From Archangium sp. (GTDB lineage: Bacteria; Myxococcota; Myxococcia; Myxococcales; Myxococcaceae), in assembly GCA_030695565.1 (NCBI GenBank), contig JAUYRZ010000112.1:1112-65111 (forward strand): a stretch of DNA of 64,000 bases. Direction: 5' to 3'. The translations under genes and the position numbers were made by a program. The number at the start of each line of letters is the position of its first letter. Positions within the stretch are counted from its first letter, which is position 1. Positions 61,601 through 64,000 of this stretch are shown one piece after another. A model generated the notes under the pieces. That model saw nothing but the letters and a program-made list of their open reading frames with translations, did no database searches and was not told where the DNA came from.

Positions 61601-62962
61601 CTACACGTCGACCAGGAAGACCTCGACCGCGAGGTCGAGCAGCTCCCTCGAAAGGGCAGGCGGCTGGCCCCGATAGCGCGCTGCGTCTTTGACCAACTGC
61701 ACCAGATCGCGCGGGTGGCAGCTGCGCAGCTGCAGGCTTCGTTCTTTGTAGGTGTGCTCGAGCAGGTAGCTGACCGCCTGTTCGACGTAGGGAATTCCCG
61801 AGGCCTCGCAGACCCGCTTGAAGATGGTGCGGTACTGCTTCTCGTCGGGGTTACCGACCTCGATCTTGTACTTGATGCGCCGGAGGAAGGCCTCGTCGAC
61901 CAGCTCCTTGGGATCGAGGTTGGTCGAGAAGACGATGAGCTGATCGAACGGAATCTCGAACTTCTTGCCGGTGTGCAGGGTGAGGAAGTCGACGCGCTTT
62001 TCCAGCGGCACGATCCACCGGTTGAGCAGATCGGTGGGGTGCACCTTCTGCCGGCCGAAGTCGTCGATGAGCAACATGCCGCCGTTGGCCTTCACTTGAA
62101 ACGGCGCTTCGTAGAACCGCGCGGTGTCGGAGTAGATGAGATCGAGCGTCTCGAGCGTGAGCTCTCCGCCGACGATCACCGACGGGCGTTTGCAGACCTG
62201 CCAGCGGTTATCCATCTCGAAGGTCTGCCGGCGGCCGCCCGCATCGCGGTCGAGCTCGAGCGAGACGGGGTGGTGCACCAGCTTGTCGAAGACCTTGACG
62301 ATCTGCCCATCGATCTCCAGGCAGTGGGGGATGAAGGCTTCTCCGCCGAACATCGCGCTGATCGCCTCGGCCAGTGAGGTCTTGCCGTTGCCGGGAGGGC
62401 CGAAGAGGAACAACGAGCGGCCCGAGTTCACCGCGGGGCCCAGCTTGTCGACGATGTTCTCGGGGACGACCAGGTGAGAGAGCGCCAGCTCGAGCTGCTT
62501 CTTGCTGATGGTGGGTGACTCGCGCGTCTGCTGCTGAATGAGCGCGTTGTACTGCTCGATGGGCACCGGCGCGGGGCCCACGTAGGTGGTGCGTTGCAGC
62601 GCGTCGCGCGCGTACTCGCGGCCCTTGTCGATCAGCTGGAAGTCGACCGAGACGCGGCCGAAGCCCTTGCCGCCGCGCATGTCGACCAGCTTCTCGGTGG
62701 TGAGGAAGTCGATCACGTGCTCGATGACGCCGGTCCACGGCAGGCGGAGCTGCTCGGCCACCTCGGCCCCGGTGGCCTGGCCCTGGTAGTAGAAGAACTT
62801 GAGCGCGAGATCGGAGAGCAGCCCCATCTTGAGGCCGGTCTCTTCGATGGTGCGCGGCTGCTGCGGCGCCAGCTCGAGGATCCGCGGATTCTCGAGGCTG
62901 AACGGGTTCGGCGTTTCCTGCGTGGGGCCGGTTTCGTGAACGCTGGTGCGCCGGTTGTTCAT
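61601..62962 (-). CDS. AAA+ ATPase with N-terminal winged-helix-like domain
   Basis: ATG at 62962. Walker A LFGPPGNGKTS, Walker B MLLIDDFG, sensor-1 VFSTN, and Arg-finger region AFLRRIKYKIEVGNP. Confidence 0.75.
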   Translation of the reverse strand: MNNRRTSVHETGPTQETPNPFSLENPRILELAPQQPRTIEETGLKMGLLSDLALKFFYYQGQATGAEVAEQLRLPWTGVIEHVIDFLTTEKLVDMRGGKGFGRVSVDFQLIDKGREYARDALQRTTYVGPAPVPIEQYNALIQQQTRESPTISKKQLELALSHLVVPENIVDKLGPAVNSGRSLFLFGPPGNGKTSLAEAISAMFGGEAFIPHCLEIDGQIVKVFDKLVHHPVSLELDRDAGGRRQTFEMDNRWQVCKRPSVIVGGELTLETLDLIYSDTARFYEAPFQVKANGGMLLIDDFGRQKVHPTDLLNRWIVPLEKRVDFLTLHTGKKFEIPFDQLIVFSTNLDPKELVDEAFLRRIKYKIEVGNPDEKQYRTIFKRVCEASGIPYVEQAVSYLLEHTYKERSLQLRSCHPRDLVQLVKDAARYRGQPPALSRELLDLAVEVFLVDV

Positions 62963-62979
62963 GAGCCCACGACTGTACT

Positions 62980-63013
62980 CCCTCTCCCTTCGGGAGAGGG
63001 TCGGGGTGCGGGC
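62980..63013 (+). repeat. REP-like palindromic element, copy 1 (CCCTCTCCCTTCGGGAGAGGGTCGGGGTGCGGGC)
   Basis: Internal hairpin CCCTCTCCC-ttcg-GGAGAGGG. It matches copy 2 at all but 2 of 34 positions, in the inverted orientation. Confidence 0.7.
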
Positions 63014-63207
63014 ATAGCAGCGGAGGGGCCGAGTACGCCCGCACCTGCAGCCGAGGCCGGGGTGGAGACGTGCTTCGTCGCCTTCCTTCCCAAGCCCGAC
63101 GCGCTCATCGATGACGTCCGCGTGGCCGACTGGCGGCTCACGCAGCTGCATCCTTCAGAGTGCCGCGGCCGGAGCGCTTTGCTTCCGAGTTGGTGAGTTT
63201 TTTCGAC

Positions 63208-63242
63208 GCCCTCACCCTGACCCTCTCCCGAAGGGAGAGGGG
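63208..63242 (-). repeat. REP-like palindromic element, copy 2 (inverted)
   Basis: Minus strand reads CCCCTCTCCCTTCGGGAGAGGGTCAGGGTGAGGGC. It lies 18 nt downstream of the ilvE stop. Confidence 0.7.
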
Positions 63243-63259
63243 ACTTCATTTCGTATCAG

Positions 63260-64000
63260 TTACACGTAGGTCAGCCAGTGCTCGTACCGAGGCTCATGCC
63301 CGCGCACGACGCGGAAGTAGAGCTCCTGGATCGACTTGGTGATCTCGCCCGGCTTGCCTTCACCGACCTGCCGGTTGTCGACCTCGCGCACCGGAGTCAC
63401 CTCCGCGGCCGTGCCCGTGAAGAACACCTCGCCTGCGATGTACAGCGCGTCGCGGGTGAACGAGACCTCCTCCACCTTGCGGCCCGCATCCTTCAGCAGA
63501 TCGATCACCGTGTCGCGCGTGATGCCCCGCAGAATCGGCGAGCTGAGCGAAGGCGTCCGCACCACCCCGTGCCGGCCCACGCAGAAGATGTTCTCACCCG
63601 ACGCCTCAGCCACGAAGCCGGAGATGTCGAGCAGAATGGCCTCGTCATACCCGCCCATCACGGCCTCCCGCTTGGCGAGGATCGAGTTCACGTACTGGCC
63701 CGAGATCTTCCCGCGCACCATGTTCACGTTCACGTGCATGCGGGTGAAGCTGGAGACCTTCGCGCGGATGCCTTCCTTGATGCCCTTGTCGCCCAGGTAG
63801 CTGCCCCACTCCCACGCCGTGATCGCCACGCGGGTGTCGTTCTGCGCGCCCAGGCCCATCGCGCCGTCGCCCATGAAGGCCACCGGCCGCAGGTACGCGC
63901 CGTTGGGAAACTTCGCGTCCTGCACGCGGAGCACGTCCATGCAGGCGTCGACCAGCTGGTCCTCGGTGTACGGCATCTTGAGGAGAATGATGTGCGCCGA
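63260..64000 (-). CDS. ilvE: Branched-chain amino acid aminotransferase (partial; N-terminus beyond window)
   Basis: Class IV aminotransferase pattern (GSYLGDKGIKEGI, NIFCV, TPSLSSPILRGITR, EVFFTGTAAEVTPV). The reading frame stays open to the window edge upstream of the listed ATG. Confidence 0.85.
   Translation of the reverse strand, partial: SAHIILLKMPYTEDQLVDACMDVLRVQDAKFPNGAYLRPVAFMGDGAMGLGAQNDTRVAITAWEWGSYLGDKGIKEGIRAKVSSFTRMHVNVNMVRGKISGQYVNSILAKREAVMGGYDEAILLDISGFVAEASGENIFCVGRHGVVRTPSLSSPILRGITRDTVIDLLKDAGRKVEEVSFTRDALYIAGEVFFTGTAAEVTPVREVDNRQVGEGKPGEITKSIQELYFRVVRGHEPRYEHWLTYV

Noticed and set aside
1-64000. Searched for mobile elements, prophage genes, CRISPR arrays, tRNA/rRNA genes and known defence-system signatures.
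   Set aside because: No transposase, integrase, Cas or phage-like ORFs were recognised. No direct-repeat arrays and no tRNA-like T-arm or anticodon structures were seen in intergenic DNA. The PLD and AAA+ proteins lack the partner genes expected for defence systems I know.

Overview
High-GC bacterial chromosome segment; codon third positions are almost all G/C, so most long antisense ORFs in the track are shadows. Several markers point to Myxococcota: a MYXO-CTERM sorting tag, myxobacterial Cys-rich repeats, a CorE-like ECF sigma factor, and many lipoproteins. No rRNA, tRNA, CRISPR array, transposase or integrase was seen. Layout: (1) 0.1-1.8 kb, mgtE and trxA. (2) 1.9-10.4 kb, a tightly packed plus-strand operon encoding a HemD-like protein, a secreted protein, a MYXO-CTERM metzincin, an orphan GspE/PilB-type ATPase, a PLD (2xHKD) protein and two TPR proteins. 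(3) 10.4-22.5 kb on the minus strand: metallophosphoesterase, ampG, a partial complex-I block nuoC-D-G-H-I, sulP and fhs. (4) 22.6-58.5 kb, a very large copper/heavy-metal homeostasis supercluster. It holds three multicopper oxidases of different architecture, a P1B ATPase, CopZ, YHS/TRASH/cupredoxin/cytochrome c periplasmic proteins, one orphan outer-membrane factor, two mirror-image cusCBA systems and a GMC oxidoreductase. It also holds a CorE-like ECF sigma and a second ECF sigma paired with a Cys-rich 6-TM protein, and is interrupted at 34-40 kb by peptidoglycan hydrolase genes. (5) 58.5-64 kb: GYF protein, a pilT paralog, a cNMP-binding protein, a PilZ protein, a GNAT, an AAA+ ATPase, a REP-like inverted repeat pair and partial ilvE. 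The most interesting signal I found by reading the intergenic DNA is two recurrent ECF-type promoter motifs. TGTAAK-N16-CGTC occurs at 5 sites and GTCACG-N16/17-CCTAY at 6 exact sites plus 1 near site. Together they wire almost every operon of the metal island into two interleaved regulons. Each motif also occurs upstream of one of the two sigma genes, the arrangement expected for autoregulation. All functional calls come from motif and domain recognition by eye; no database search was possible.
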